Assembly: GCA_021825295.1 (NCBI GenBank) | Contig: JAKAHV010000006.1 | Location: 18,026-82,025, forward strand | Reading direction: 5' to 3' | DNA: 64,000 nucleotides | DNA from: Nitrospirota bacterium | GTDB taxonomy: Bacteria > Nitrospirota > Thermodesulfovibrionia > Thermodesulfovibrionales > JdFR-88 | Part shown: positions 7,185 through 16,205 of the stretch, in pieces | Position numbering within the stretch: the first letter of the stretch is position 1 | Layout of the letters: each line of letters begins with the position of its first letter | Made by a program: the position numbers and the translations under genes | The notes under the pieces: generated by a model | Told to the model about the DNA's origin: nothing | What the model saw: only the letters and a program-made list of their open reading frames with translations | Databases searched by the model: none

Positions 7185-7918
7185 GAAATGCGATGCGGAG
7201 ATCATAGTCCGCCTGCAGGCCCATGGGCCCCTTTTTGTGCTATGCGGCCTCCCCCGAAACCACTTTTCTAAACTCCTTACATGGACAATGCCCCGGCCCG
7301 GCGGATTATGATGAGGCCGGCAGGTTTTTCATTTTAAAAAACCGAAGCCGGAAAGGAGCTTTTTAATATGGATGCGTCTGATTTTACCCAACTGTTTGCA
7401 AAACGGGGAAAAGACCCCGGGAAAGAGGCCGGGATCGCCCAGGAGAAGCGGGCCATGGCTAAAGCGCTCCTCGCCTCGGGACGCCCCTACAGGGAGGTGG
7501 CCGAGGTCCTGGACATCAGCGTGGGCAGCGTGCACAACATCATGAAAGAGTCCCGTGAGGACATAATGCGGATTTTGAAGGAAACGAGGGCGCGGCACGC
7601 CATGAAGTGCCTTATGCTCTCCAGTCACATCCTGGGCAGGATATCCGATTCCGACATAGTCAATGCCTCGCTTAAAGAGAAGATCATCGCCTCCGCGATA
7701 CTGGCGGACAAGGCGGTAAAATTTGAAGAAATGACCGATTCGACGGGCCCCGCGGCCGGCCCCGGCAAGGCCGGGCAGAGCGCGGACAAGGCGTCCCAAT
7801 AGCCGCCATGGGCCGGCGGGTGTTCATTGGCGTTTGAACAGCGTGTCCTGAAAAATCATTATGAAACCATAGGTTAGCGTTTTTATTCTGAACAAAAAAA
7901 CACAAAAAAGGGGATAAT
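7185..7918 (+). repeat. Cassette copy A: repeat remnant, promoter-like block, hairpin, SD, HTH gene and conserved tail
   Basis: The flanks are paralogous to 62456..62780. The shared blocks are TGGACAATGCCNCGGCCNGGCGGATTATGAT, GGAAAGGAG-N-ATG and the tail GGGTGT..TTGAACAG..CATAGGTT..AAAAAAGG. Confidence 0.7.
7368..7802 (+). CDS. Small HTH DNA-binding protein (144 aa)
   Basis: It contains an HTH-like segment, 'SGRPYREVAEVLDISVGSVHNIMKE'. The C-terminal half is vaguely terminase-small-subunit-like. It sits at the island border and is exactly the segment missing from cassette copy B. Confidence 0.6.
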   Translation: MDASDFTQLFAKRGKDPGKEAGIAQEKRAMAKALLASGRPYREVAEVLDISVGSVHNIMKESREDIMRILKETRARHAMKCLMLSSHILGRISDSDIVNASLKEKIIASAILADKAVKFEEMTDSTGPAAGPGKAGQSADKASQ

Positions 7919-7933
7919 GTAAAATAAAGCGAA

Positions 7934-8650
7934 GTGAAAAACCCGCTTGCTGAAAATATCGAAAATGTCCGGCGCAGGATTGCGGAGGCGGCGCTGCGGG
8001 CGGGCAGGAGGCCCGAAGAGGTCACGCTGATTGCCGTCTCAAAGACGGTCCCGCCAGAGCTGGTAAAGGCGGCCTATGAAGCCGGGGTTTCCGATTTCGG
8101 CGAAAACCGCATACAGGAGGCGGGGGGCAAAATAAAAACTTTGCGGGAATCAGGGATCGGGCAGGCTGCGGAGAGGCCGCCCGTAAGGTGGCATTTCATA
8201 GGCCATCTGCAGACGAACAAGGCCGGGGCGGCCATCGGGATGGGTTTCGACCTCATCCATACTGTGGATTCGGAAAGGCTCCTCGATGTCCTTGAGGCCA
8301 GGGCCGCAAAGGCCGGCAAATCGCAGCGCGCGCTCATAGAGGTGAAACTCTCCGAAGAGCCTTCAAAGCACGGGGTTTCGCCGGGCGGGGTTTGCTCCCT
8401 GCTGCGGGCCGCGCAGGGGGCCGGCCATATCAGGCTGGAAGGGCTCATGGGGATGCCGCCCTATTTCCCGGAGGCAGAAAAGGCAAGGCCCTATTTCGCG
8501 CGCCTGCGGAGGCTTAGGCAGGAGGCGGAGGCCGAAGGGTTTCATCTGCCCCATCTTTCGATGGGCATGTCCCATGATTTTGAGGTCGCGATAGAAGAAG
8601 GGGCAACTCTGGTAAGGATAGGCACGGCGATATTCGGACTAAACCTTTAG
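7934..8650 (+). CDS. yggS: YggS-family PLP-binding (PLP homeostasis) protein
   Basis: GTG start. It carries 'VTLIAVSKTVP...FGENRIQE' and 'WHFIGHLQTNK', which are typical of YggS. Confidence 0.9.
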   Translation: MKNPLAENIENVRRRIAEAALRAGRRPEEVTLIAVSKTVPPELVKAAYEAGVSDFGENRIQEAGGKIKTLRESGIGQAAERPPVRWHFIGHLQTNKAGAAIGMGFDLIHTVDSERLLDVLEARAAKAGKSQRALIEVKLSEEPSKHGVSPGGVCSLLRAAQGAGHIRLEGLMGMPPYFPEAEKARPYFARLRRLRQEAEAEGFHLPHLSMGMSHDFEVAIEEGATLVRIGTAIFGLNL

Positions 8651-8701
8651 TTAAATCCCCCCCCCCAGAGGGGAAGGGGATTAGGGGAGGATGATCTTTC
8701 A

Positions 8702-9514
8702 ATGATCGGTTTCATAGGCGGCGGCAACATGGCTGAGGCGTTGATAAAGGGCATTCGGGCACGGGGGACCGTTGGCATCATAGTCTCCGAACCCCGTGAG
8801 GACCGCAGGAGATACCTGGAGGCGGCCTACGGAGTGCGGACAACGGAGTCCAACCGGCAGGCGGCCCAGGAGGCGGACATCGTGGTCATCGCCGTAAAGC
8901 CCCAGGTAATCGACGCGGCGCTTGCGGATATCGCGGGCGCATTCTCCGCGGAAAATGAAAAAGGACGCGGGGGCGTTCAAAAACTGGCTGTCTCGATAGC
9001 GGCCGGCGTGAGGCTTTCCTACCTGACGGAGAGACTCGGCACGCAAAACGTTGTGCGCGCCATGCCCAACACGCCCGCACTCGCCGGCGAGGGCATGACA
9101 GTGCTGGCCCTGTGCGAGTGCCTGCCCGAGGCCGGTTTCGCCGGTGTGAAGGACATCTTCATGTCCGTGGGCAAGGTGATGGTGCTGCCGGAAAAATACA
9201 TGGACGCGGTCACGGCGCTGTCGGGAAGCGGCCCGGCGTTTTTCGCACTCTTCCTGGAAGGCCTTATCGAGGGGGCGGTGAAGGAGGGGCTTCCCGGGCA
9301 GACCGCCAGGGAGCTTGCGCTGCAGACCGCCGCCGGGACGATAAGGATGCTCGAGGAGGGGGCCGACACCGGCCGGCTGATAAAGATGGTCACATCCCCG
9401 GGCGGCACCACCCATGCGGGGCTGGAGGTGCTTGAAAGCAAAGGATTTAAGGCCATCCTTTATGATACAATAAAGGCCGCCGCCCAGCGGGCAGAACAAC
9501 TGGGAAAGGGTTAG
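8702..9514 (+). CDS. proC: Pyrroline-5-carboxylate reductase
   Basis: It has the 'MIGFIGGGNMAEALIKGI' Rossmann N-terminus and the 'SPGGTTHAGLEVLE' signature. Confidence 0.92.
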   Translation: MIGFIGGGNMAEALIKGIRARGTVGIIVSEPREDRRRYLEAAYGVRTTESNRQAAQEADIVVIAVKPQVIDAALADIAGAFSAENEKGRGGVQKLAVSIAAGVRLSYLTERLGTQNVVRAMPNTPALAGEGMTVLALCECLPEAGFAGVKDIFMSVGKVMVLPEKYMDAVTALSGSGPAFFALFLEGLIEGAVKEGLPGQTARELALQTAAGTIRMLEEGADTGRLIKMVTSPGGTTHAGLEVLESKGFKAILYDTIKAAAQRAEQLGKG

Positions 9515-9522
9515 AAAACAGA

Positions 9523-9825
9523 ATGTTCGTCTTCGGAAATTTCATCTCGGCGATCGCGAACGTACTGGACATTATTCTCTCCATTTACATGTGGATTGTA
9601 ATAATCGCCGCGCTCGTAAGCTGGGTCAGCCCCGATCCCTACAACCCTATTGTAAGGTTCCTCTACAGGGCGACCGACCCGGTGTTCCGGCCGGTAAGGC
9701 GCGTCATCGGCACCATCGGGGGGATAGACCTCTCCCCGATGATTGTAATACTTGCCATCTACTTTATAAGATATTTCGTCATAACGTCATTAAAAGAGCT
9801 TGCTTTCAGGCTGGCCGTCAGATAG
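9523..9825 (+). CDS. yggT: YggT family membrane protein
   Basis: A 100-aa membrane protein with the 'DPYNPIVRFLYRATDPVFRPVRR' motif, in the conserved yggS-proC-yggT context. Confidence 0.85.
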   Translation: MFVFGNFISAIANVLDIILSIYMWIVIIAALVSWVSPDPYNPIVRFLYRATDPVFRPVRRVIGTIGGIDLSPMIVILAIYFIRYFVITSLKELAFRLAVR

Positions 9826-9849
9826 GCGGAAAGGAGGTTTTTTGGGGGC

Positions 9850-10374
9850 ATGAGAATAACACCTCTGGACATTCAGCAGAAACAGTTCCCGGTAAAATTC
9901 CGGGGATTCGACATGGACGAGGTCTTCGCCTTCCTTGAGCTGGTCAGGGAGGAAATGGAGGAGTTGATGAGGGAGAACTCTTCCATGAAGGAGACCGTCT
10001 CAAGGCTGGAAAACCAGCTCAAGGACTACAAGAACATGGAGACCTCCCTGAAAGACACCCTTATGACCGCCCAGCAGATGGTGGACGATTACAAGGCGAA
10101 CGCCAGAAAGGAAGCCGAACTCGTCCTCAGGGAATCCGAGATTAAGGCCGAGGAGATGCTCCGCGACGCCCAGGAGCGCGTGGTGAAGATACACGAGGAC
10201 ATCGTCGATCTGAAGGGCATAAGGAGGCACTTCAAGGAGGAGCTGAAGCGCCTCATCCAGAGCCACCTGCAGCTCATCGAGTTTGACAGGGAACGGGAAG
10301 GCGAAGACGAGGCGGCGCAGGGCGGAACCGATTTCATCCCGAACCAGGCCGAAAAAGAGGCCGATGGCTTGTGA
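9850..10374 (+). CDS. DivIVA domain protein
   Basis: It has the 'ITPLDIQQKQFPVKFRGFDMDEV' N-terminus followed by a coiled coil. Confidence 0.85.
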   Translation: MRITPLDIQQKQFPVKFRGFDMDEVFAFLELVREEMEELMRENSSMKETVSRLENQLKDYKNMETSLKDTLMTAQQMVDDYKANARKEAELVLRESEIKAEEMLRDAQERVVKIHEDIVDLKGIRRHFKEELKRLIQSHLQLIEFDREREGEDEAAQGGTDFIPNQAEKEADGL

Positions 10375-11618
10375 AAACCCGTTTCACCGCCTTGAAGGGC
10401 GCCCCCGATGTCCTGCCGCCGGAGACAAACCTCTGGGGCCGGATAGAAAACGCCGCCTGTGAGGTTTTCGCCGCATACGGATACGATGAGATTAAAACCT
10501 CCATCATCGAGCCTGCCGAGCTTTTCCTGAGAAGCATCGGCGCCTCCTCGGACATCGTTGCGAAGGAGATGTACAGCTTCACCGACAAGGGCGGCAGAAG
10601 CGTAAGCCTTCGCCCCGAGGGCACGGCAAGCGTGGTGAGGGCCTATGTGGAGCACAATCTTTCGCTGAGGCCGGCCCCCCAAAAATTCTTCTACAGGGGC
10701 CCCATGTTCCGTTATGAAAGGCCGCAGAAGGGCAGGCAGAGGCAGTTCTATCAGATAGGGGCGGAGTGTTTCGGGACCGCCCACCCCGGCATGGACGCGG
10801 AGCTGATAGTGATGCTCATGGCGTTTCTGGAGAGGGCCGGCCTGCCGGCGCTCTCGCTTGAACTAAACTCCATCGGGTGCCGGAATTGCCGGCCCGCCTT
10901 CAAGCAGCGGCTCAGGGAATTTTTTGCGCCGCATCTTGACGGTCTGTGCCCGGACTGCCAGCGCCGCCATGAGCAAAACCCGCTCAGGATACTGGACTGC
11001 AAGGTGGAGCGCTGCATCGCCATCAGGGCGGGCGCCCCGCTCATATCCGAGAGCCTCTGCGCGGAGTGCAGGGAGCATTTCGGCGCGCTCCTCGGCCTGC
11101 TTGACGCCATGAAGACCCCTTATACGCTGAACCCGCATATGGTGAGGGGGCTTGATTACTATACGCGGACCGTCTTTGAAGTGACAAGCGGACAGCTCGG
11201 GGCCCAGAACGCGGTGGCCGCGGGAGGCAGGTACGACCTTCTCGTCTCCGAGTTCGGCGGCCCGGAAACACCCGCCCTGGGTTTTGCGGCCGGCATGGAG
11301 AGGCTCTCAAGGCTCCTTTCGGCCGCGGAGAGCCTCTCCATGCCCCGGCCGGAGGTGTTCATAGCGTCTCTCGGAAGGGAGGCTGCCGCTGCGGCCCTCA
11401 GTACGGCCTCCGCCTTGAGGGCCAGGGACAAAAGGGTGGAGGTAGGATGGGAGGGTTCGCTAAAGAGCCAGTTGAGAAGGGCCGATAAGATGGGTGCAAG
11501 GTACGTTGTCATCATCGGCGAGGACGAGCTTAGATCTGGCAGCTTCAAATGGAAAAACCTGGGAACAGGCGAATCTGGAGAAACCGGCGCGGAGGAAATC
11601 TTTAACCTCTTGTCGTAG
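10371..11618 (+). CDS. hisS: Histidine--tRNA ligase
   Basis: GTG start overlapping the divIVA stop. It carries class II motif 2 'FRYERPQKGRQRQFYQIG' and a C-terminal anticodon-binding domain. Confidence 0.92.
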   Translation: MKTRFTALKGAPDVLPPETNLWGRIENAACEVFAAYGYDEIKTSIIEPAELFLRSIGASSDIVAKEMYSFTDKGGRSVSLRPEGTASVVRAYVEHNLSLRPAPQKFFYRGPMFRYERPQKGRQRQFYQIGAECFGTAHPGMDAELIVMLMAFLERAGLPALSLELNSIGCRNCRPAFKQRLREFFAPHLDGLCPDCQRRHEQNPLRILDCKVERCIAIRAGAPLISESLCAECREHFGALLGLLDAMKTPYTLNPHMVRGLDYYTRTVFEVTSGQLGAQNAVAAGGRYDLLVSEFGGPETPALGFAAGMERLSRLLSAAESLSMPRPEVFIASLGREAAAAALSTASALRARDKRVEVGWEGSLKSQLRRADKMGARYVVIIGEDELRSGSFKWKNLGTGESGETGAEEIFNLLS

Positions 11619-11637
11619 ATCAGGATATAACTGCCAG

Positions 11638-12585
11638 TTGGTTGAAATCCCATCCATAACCCCGGGCGCGGGCTTATCAGTGACCCTGGCACTGGCCGCT
11701 TTAGGGCTCTCAGCGCTCCATTCCTCCTTTGACGCCCTCCTCATTTCGCTCATACTGGGGATGTTCGCGGCCAATTTCATCGAAAAGGGCTCCTCGCTGA
11801 AAGCCGGGGTCCGTTTCTGTGTGGATTACGTCCTGCCCGCAGGGATGGGGCTTTACGGCTCCCAGATGCTGCTGGCCGGCGACGGCCGGCTATGGCTTTA
11901 TGTCTTGGGCTCCGGTCTTCTGATCTTCGCCATAACCTTCCTTGTTGCGAGGGGGTTCGGCCTGGATGACGAAATTACGCTTCTGCTTTCAGCCGGCCTT
12001 TCAACCGCGGGCGCAGGCGCCATCGCGCTGGTCTCCAACGCCTGGGGGACGGACAAGCAGGACACCTCGGCCTCGGTAATATCGGTAATCGCGGTAGGGC
12101 TTGTTGGCATGCTGGTTATGGGCTTCTATCCCCAGGGGCTGGGGTTCGGGCCGCACAGGACCGCCCTTCTCATGGGGGCCACCCTGCCCACCCTCGGCAT
12201 GGTAGCGGCCATAGGGTCGGCCATGGACCCCGGCGCCCTCCGGCTTGCCGCGAGCTTCAAGCTCCTGAGGACCATACTGCTGGGAGTCCTTCTGCTCGTG
12301 ATTTTTCTCAAGCGCAAAGGCGCTGCCCGCTGCCGGCGCTTCCCATGGTTCATAATCCTCTTTGCGGGAGGCGCCCTGGCCGTCAACCTGCTTCCGGGCG
12401 GCAACCGGCTCAGCGCCGCCCTTGCCCCGGCAAGCCAGTTTGTCACCTCTGTGGGGCTTGCGGCAACAGGGCTGTGCGTGGAGTTCGACTCCGCCCCCGG
12501 CAAGGGCCTGATGCCGCTTGCCACATCCCTGTTTTCCTGGGGCATCTCGGTGCTTTTCATCTACCTGGTCATGAAGACACTCTGA
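11638..12585 (+). CDS. Polytopic membrane protein, YeiH/UPF0324-like putative exporter (start uncertain)
   Basis: The track ORF 11494..12585 overlaps hisS. I placed the start at the first in-frame TTG after the hisS stop. The protein has about 10 hydrophobic segments. Confidence 0.55.
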   Translation: MVEIPSITPGAGLSVTLALAALGLSALHSSFDALLISLILGMFAANFIEKGSSLKAGVRFCVDYVLPAGMGLYGSQMLLAGDGRLWLYVLGSGLLIFAITFLVARGFGLDDEITLLLSAGLSTAGAGAIALVSNAWGTDKQDTSASVISVIAVGLVGMLVMGFYPQGLGFGPHRTALLMGATLPTLGMVAAIGSAMDPGALRLAASFKLLRTILLGVLLLVIFLKRKGAARCRRFPWFIILFAGGALAVNLLPGGNRLSAALAPASQFVTSVGLAATGLCVEFDSAPGKGLMPLATSLFSWGISVLFIYLVMKTL

Positions 12586-15500
12586 TGAAAAGAAACCTCA
12601 TCACCGGTTTTTTTATCTTCCTGCTGGCGTTCACGGCGGCCATAATCGCCCCGCTGGTATTCCTGACCGAATACGCCGGGCGCGCGGCAATGGCGCGGAT
12701 GGAAAAGCTGGCCCCCCTTCTGCCGGAGCAGAAGCTGGTATATTTCAGGCTGCTGGGCGACAACGAGGGGCGCTTTATCGCGATAGGATTTTACATCTTC
12801 GTCGCCGCCTTCCTGGTATCCCTTTTTCTGGGGAGCAAGATACTCGGGGCGATAAAAGACCTTAAAACCGCGGCCGACGCCGTAAACGGCGGGAAGTCCT
12901 CCGGGGATGTGCCGCTGCCCGGCGAAGGCGAACTGAGGGACATCGCCCTGGCATTCAACGGCCTTGCGGCGGCCCTCAGGCAAAAGGACGACGAGCTTGC
13001 CCGGAAGAACCGCTACATGGGCCTGATGACGGACGCGCTCTGGGTCATAAACGATGAAAACCTGGTGGTCGAGATAAACCCCTCCTTCACCAGGCTTCTG
13101 GGCTACGAACCCGAGGACGTCCTGAATTACCGCGTCTTCGAGTTCGTGGACGAGGAAGGCGAAAAAATGCTGAGGAAGCACCTCCTGTCCTGCGCCCAGG
13201 GCAACAGCTCCTCATGCGAGCTGCGGCTTATCTCCAAACAGGGCAGCCTGAAACCCGTTACGATATCATGGTCCGCCATTCCGGGCGAAGAGGGGGAAGT
13301 GAAAAACTGCGTCGGCATACTGAGGGATTTCAGGAGGGAGACCGAGCTGAGGGGCGAGCTCAAGGAGGCCCTGGACTACCAGCGCGCTATCATGGACAGC
13401 ATGCCCGAGAAGCTTATCGTGCTCGACCGCGAGCTAAGGATCGTGATGGCCAATAAAGCCGCCAATGACGCGACAGGCGGCGGCCTGGCCGGCAAACAGT
13501 GCCATTGGGCTTACGGATACGAAAACTGCACGGCGGCCAACTGCCCTGTAAGAAGGGCCTTCAGCGCCGGCAGGCCGCAAAAGGAGGTCATCGGCCGCGC
13601 CAAAGGGCAGGACCATGAGTACCATGAAGTCATCGCCTATCCGGTCGAAAACGCGCCGGGCGACATAAGGCACGTCGTCGCCATCTACAGGGACATTACG
13701 GAAAAAAGGCGTTTGGAAGCGGAGATAACCAGGAAAAACACGGAGCTGGGCTCGCTGCTTGAAATCTCGAAGACCCTCAACCAGTCTCTCAAGAGCGAGG
13801 AGGTCTTCAATCCGGTCCTCGAACGGCTCCTCGCCCTCATGGGGATGGACGGCGGATGCGTCTTCCTGCTTGACGAGATGGGGGTTGAACTCTCGCTGAA
13901 ATACTCAAAAGGGCTTTCGGCCGGCTTCCTTGAGAAAAACAGCACCTTCAGGTTGTCCGATGACATCCCGGGCAAAGTGGCCTCCTCCGGCCGCATCTTC
14001 ACAACGGCCGATCTCCCGGCCGACCCGAGGACCGAGGCGTCCGTCTTCAGGCACACGGGCATGAAGGCCTGCCTTGCATCCCCCATGCAGGGCGGCGAGA
14101 AAATAAACGGGGTCATCCTCCTCTTCAGTTTCGCCGGGCGCGAATGGACCGAAATGGATGAAAACCTGATAAGGGCAGCGGGGCAGGCTGCGGGCATGGC
14201 GCTTGAGAATATCAGGCGCTACGAAAAAATGCGCCAGTTGTTTACCCACCTGAAATGGCGGAAGGACGAGGAGAGGAAGAAGCTCGCGCAGATAGCCGCG
14301 TCCGTGGCCGGGATGTCCGACCCGGACCAGACGCTGGACAACCTGCTTGTTATCCTTCAGGACCTTATGCGCGCAGACTTCATCTGGCTTCTGGAGCGGG
14401 ATGAAGGCGAAGGGCTGGTTGTGAGGAGCGCGCCCGGCGGCGGGATCTCCAGGGGCCTCGCGCCGTATGAAAAAGGCGCGGGCCTTGAAGCGGAATCCAT
14501 GGAAAAAGGAGACGTCCTCATTGCCTCCGCGGAGAACGCCGAAGGCGCCTTCAGTGTGCCGCCGTGCCTGGAGGCGGAGAGATTCAAGGCCGCATGCGCC
14601 GTACCGGTGCCATCCGGCGGCGATGGGCGCCCCAGATGTGCGATCGGCTTATACTTCCGGCGCTTCAGGCAGCCGGGGGCCGAGGACCTCTCATTCCTCC
14701 GGATGATGGCCGACATGCTGAATGTGGCCCTGGGACAGGCCCGTCTCCAAAAAGAGGCGAGCCTCGGTAAAAGCATGGCTGCGGCCATCCTCGACAGCAT
14801 CGAGGACGGCATCTTCGCGGTAGACCCGCACGGCAGCGTAATCGCGATCAACAGGACGGCCGCCGGGATGGCGGGGACTACGGAGGACGACGCGCTGGGC
14901 CGCATGTTCACAGGCCTTTTCGATGACGTCGCGGACAACGCAAGGCTGAACCTCCTGTTCATAGAGGGGCTCACGGAATCCCTCAAGGGCAGGCATACCT
15001 ACCGGGAGCTGGCCATGAGGACGGCAAACAGGGTGAGCATCCCCATTGTGCTTACCAGCTATCCGGTGCCGGATGAGGCCGGCGGCACGGCCGGCATCGT
15101 CTTCGAACTGAGGGACCTCTCCAGGAACCAGGAGATCACGAGGCTGAAAAGCGAGTTTGTGAGAAGCGTGTCGCAGGAATTCAGGGACCCGCTGTCCGCC
15201 ATCGTCGGCATGTCGGAGATGCTCCTGGACGGCGAGACGCCGGAGGGAAAGAAGGCCGTCTACCTGAGGGCGATCCTCTCCGAGGGGCAGCAGCTTGAAA
15301 GGATAATTACGGATTATCTGAACCTTGCCGAGATAGAGGGCGGGCCGGAAAAACTCCGCATCCGCCCGGTTGACCTCCGGAAGCTCATCGCGGACGTTGC
15401 GCACGAATTCGGCCCCCTGGCCGGCAGAAAAGGCATCGCCATAAGCCTGGAGGTGGAAGACGGGCTGCAGGTTGAAGGGGACGCCGAAAAGCTGAAATAC

Positions 15501-15824
15501 ATGCTCAGAAATCTCCTTGAAAACTCCATCACGTATTCGGGGGAAAACGGCAGCGTGAAGATAGAGGCCCAAACGGCCGCGGGCGGGATAGACCTGACGG
15601 TGAAGGACACCGGATGGGGCATACCCGAGGCCGACAGGCGGCACATGGGCGAAAAATTCTACCGCGGGACCCTATCTGAAGGCACAAAAGGGACGGGGCT
15701 GGGGCTCTCCCTTTCAAAGCGGATCGTACACATGCACGGCGGCACGATAAACATAGATTCAATCGCGGGGGCCGGAACCACCGTAAGGCTCCGTCTCCCA
15801 TTGAGGAGGCAGACAGGTGAGTAA
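12585..15824 (+). CDS. Large sensor histidine kinase (TM, HAMP, multiple PAS/GAF-like modules, HisKA, HATPase)
   Basis: The start is at MKRNLITGFF (a TGATG overlap with the upstream stop). The track N-terminal extension from 12345 lies inside the upstream gene. It carries the H-box 'FVRSVSQEFRDPLSAI' and the G-boxes 'DTGWGI' and 'GTGLGLS'. Confidence 0.85.
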   Translation: MKRNLITGFFIFLLAFTAAIIAPLVFLTEYAGRAAMARMEKLAPLLPEQKLVYFRLLGDNEGRFIAIGFYIFVAAFLVSLFLGSKILGAIKDLKTAADAVNGGKSSGDVPLPGEGELRDIALAFNGLAAALRQKDDELARKNRYMGLMTDALWVINDENLVVEINPSFTRLLGYEPEDVLNYRVFEFVDEEGEKMLRKHLLSCAQGNSSSCELRLISKQGSLKPVTISWSAIPGEEGEVKNCVGILRDFRRETELRGELKEALDYQRAIMDSMPEKLIVLDRELRIVMANKAANDATGGGLAGKQCHWAYGYENCTAANCPVRRAFSAGRPQKEVIGRAKGQDHEYHEVIAYPVENAPGDIRHVVAIYRDITEKRRLEAEITRKNTELGSLLEISKTLNQSLKSEEVFNPVLERLLALMGMDGGCVFLLDEMGVELSLKYSKGLSAGFLEKNSTFRLSDDIPGKVASSGRIFTTADLPADPRTEASVFRHTGMKACLASPMQGGEKINGVILLFSFAGREWTEMDENLIRAAGQAAGMALENIRRYEKMRQLFTHLKWRKDEERKKLAQIAASVAGMSDPDQTLDNLLVILQDLMRADFIWLLERDEGEGLVVRSAPGGGISRGLAPYEKGAGLEAESMEKGDVLIASAENAEGAFSVPPCLEAERFKAACAVPVPSGGDGRPRCAIGLYFRRFRQPGAEDLSFLRMMADMLNVALGQARLQKEASLGKSMAAAILDSIEDGIFAVDPHGSVIAINRTAAGMAGTTEDDALGRMFTGLFDDVADNARLNLLFIEGLTESLKGRHTYRELAMRTANRVSIPIVLTSYPVPDEAGGTAGIVFELRDLSRNQEITRLKSEFVRSVSQEFRDPLSAIVGMSEMLLDGETPEGKKAVYLRAILSEGQQLERIITDYLNLAEIEGGPEKLRIRPVDLRKLIADVAHEFGPLAGRKGIAISLEVEDGLQVEGDAEKLKYMLRNLLENSITYSGENGSVKIEAQTAAGGIDLTVKDTGWGIPEADRRHMGEKFYRGTLSEGTKGTGLGLSLSKRIVHMHGGTINIDSIAGAGTTVRLRLPLRRQTGE

Positions 15825-16194
15825 AATAATGGTAATTGACGACGAACCCTTCATCCTCATGATGATAGAGGACAAGCTGAAGAGGGCCGGGTTCCAGGTA
15901 ATAACCCAGCGCGACAGCTCAACCGCGGCCGGGAGGATAAGACAGGAGAGGCCGGACCTTGTCATCCTGGACTGGATAATGCCGGGGGTAAGCGGAATAG
16001 AGATATGCCGCGAGATGAAGTCCGACCCGGGGCTGGCGAATATCCCGGTCGTGATGCTTACGGCCAAGGGGCAGGAGGACGACGAGAAACTGGGCCTTAA
16101 ATGCGGTGTGGACCGCTACATCGTAAAACCCTTCAGCCCCAAGGCCCTGCTTGAAAACGTAATAGAGATACTGGAGAGAGGCGCAGCCCGGTGA
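15817..16194 (+). CDS. Single-domain response regulator (CheY-like receiver)
   Basis: GTG start overlapping the HK stop by 8 nt. It has the receiver motifs 'VIDDEP', 'DLVILDWIMPG' and 'LTAKG'. Confidence 0.85.
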   Translation: MSKIMVIDDEPFILMMIEDKLKRAGFQVITQRDSSTAAGRIRQERPDLVILDWIMPGVSGIEICREMKSDPGLANIPVVMLTAKGQEDDEKLGLKCGVDRYIVKPFSPKALLENVIEILERGAAR

Positions 16195-16205
16195 GGCCAG
16201 TGAGG

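Noticed and set aside
7368-7802. The HTH protein as a phage terminase small subunit, marking a prophage.
   Set aside because: The resemblance is only vague. The window has no large terminase, portal, capsid or integrase gene, and the flanks are core genes on one side and an R-M island on the other.
12345-12584. The 80-codon N-terminal extension of the histidine kinase ORF.
   Set aside because: It lies entirely within the upstream membrane-protein gene in another frame. The MKRNL start gives a normal TM N-terminus and a TGATG coupling junction.
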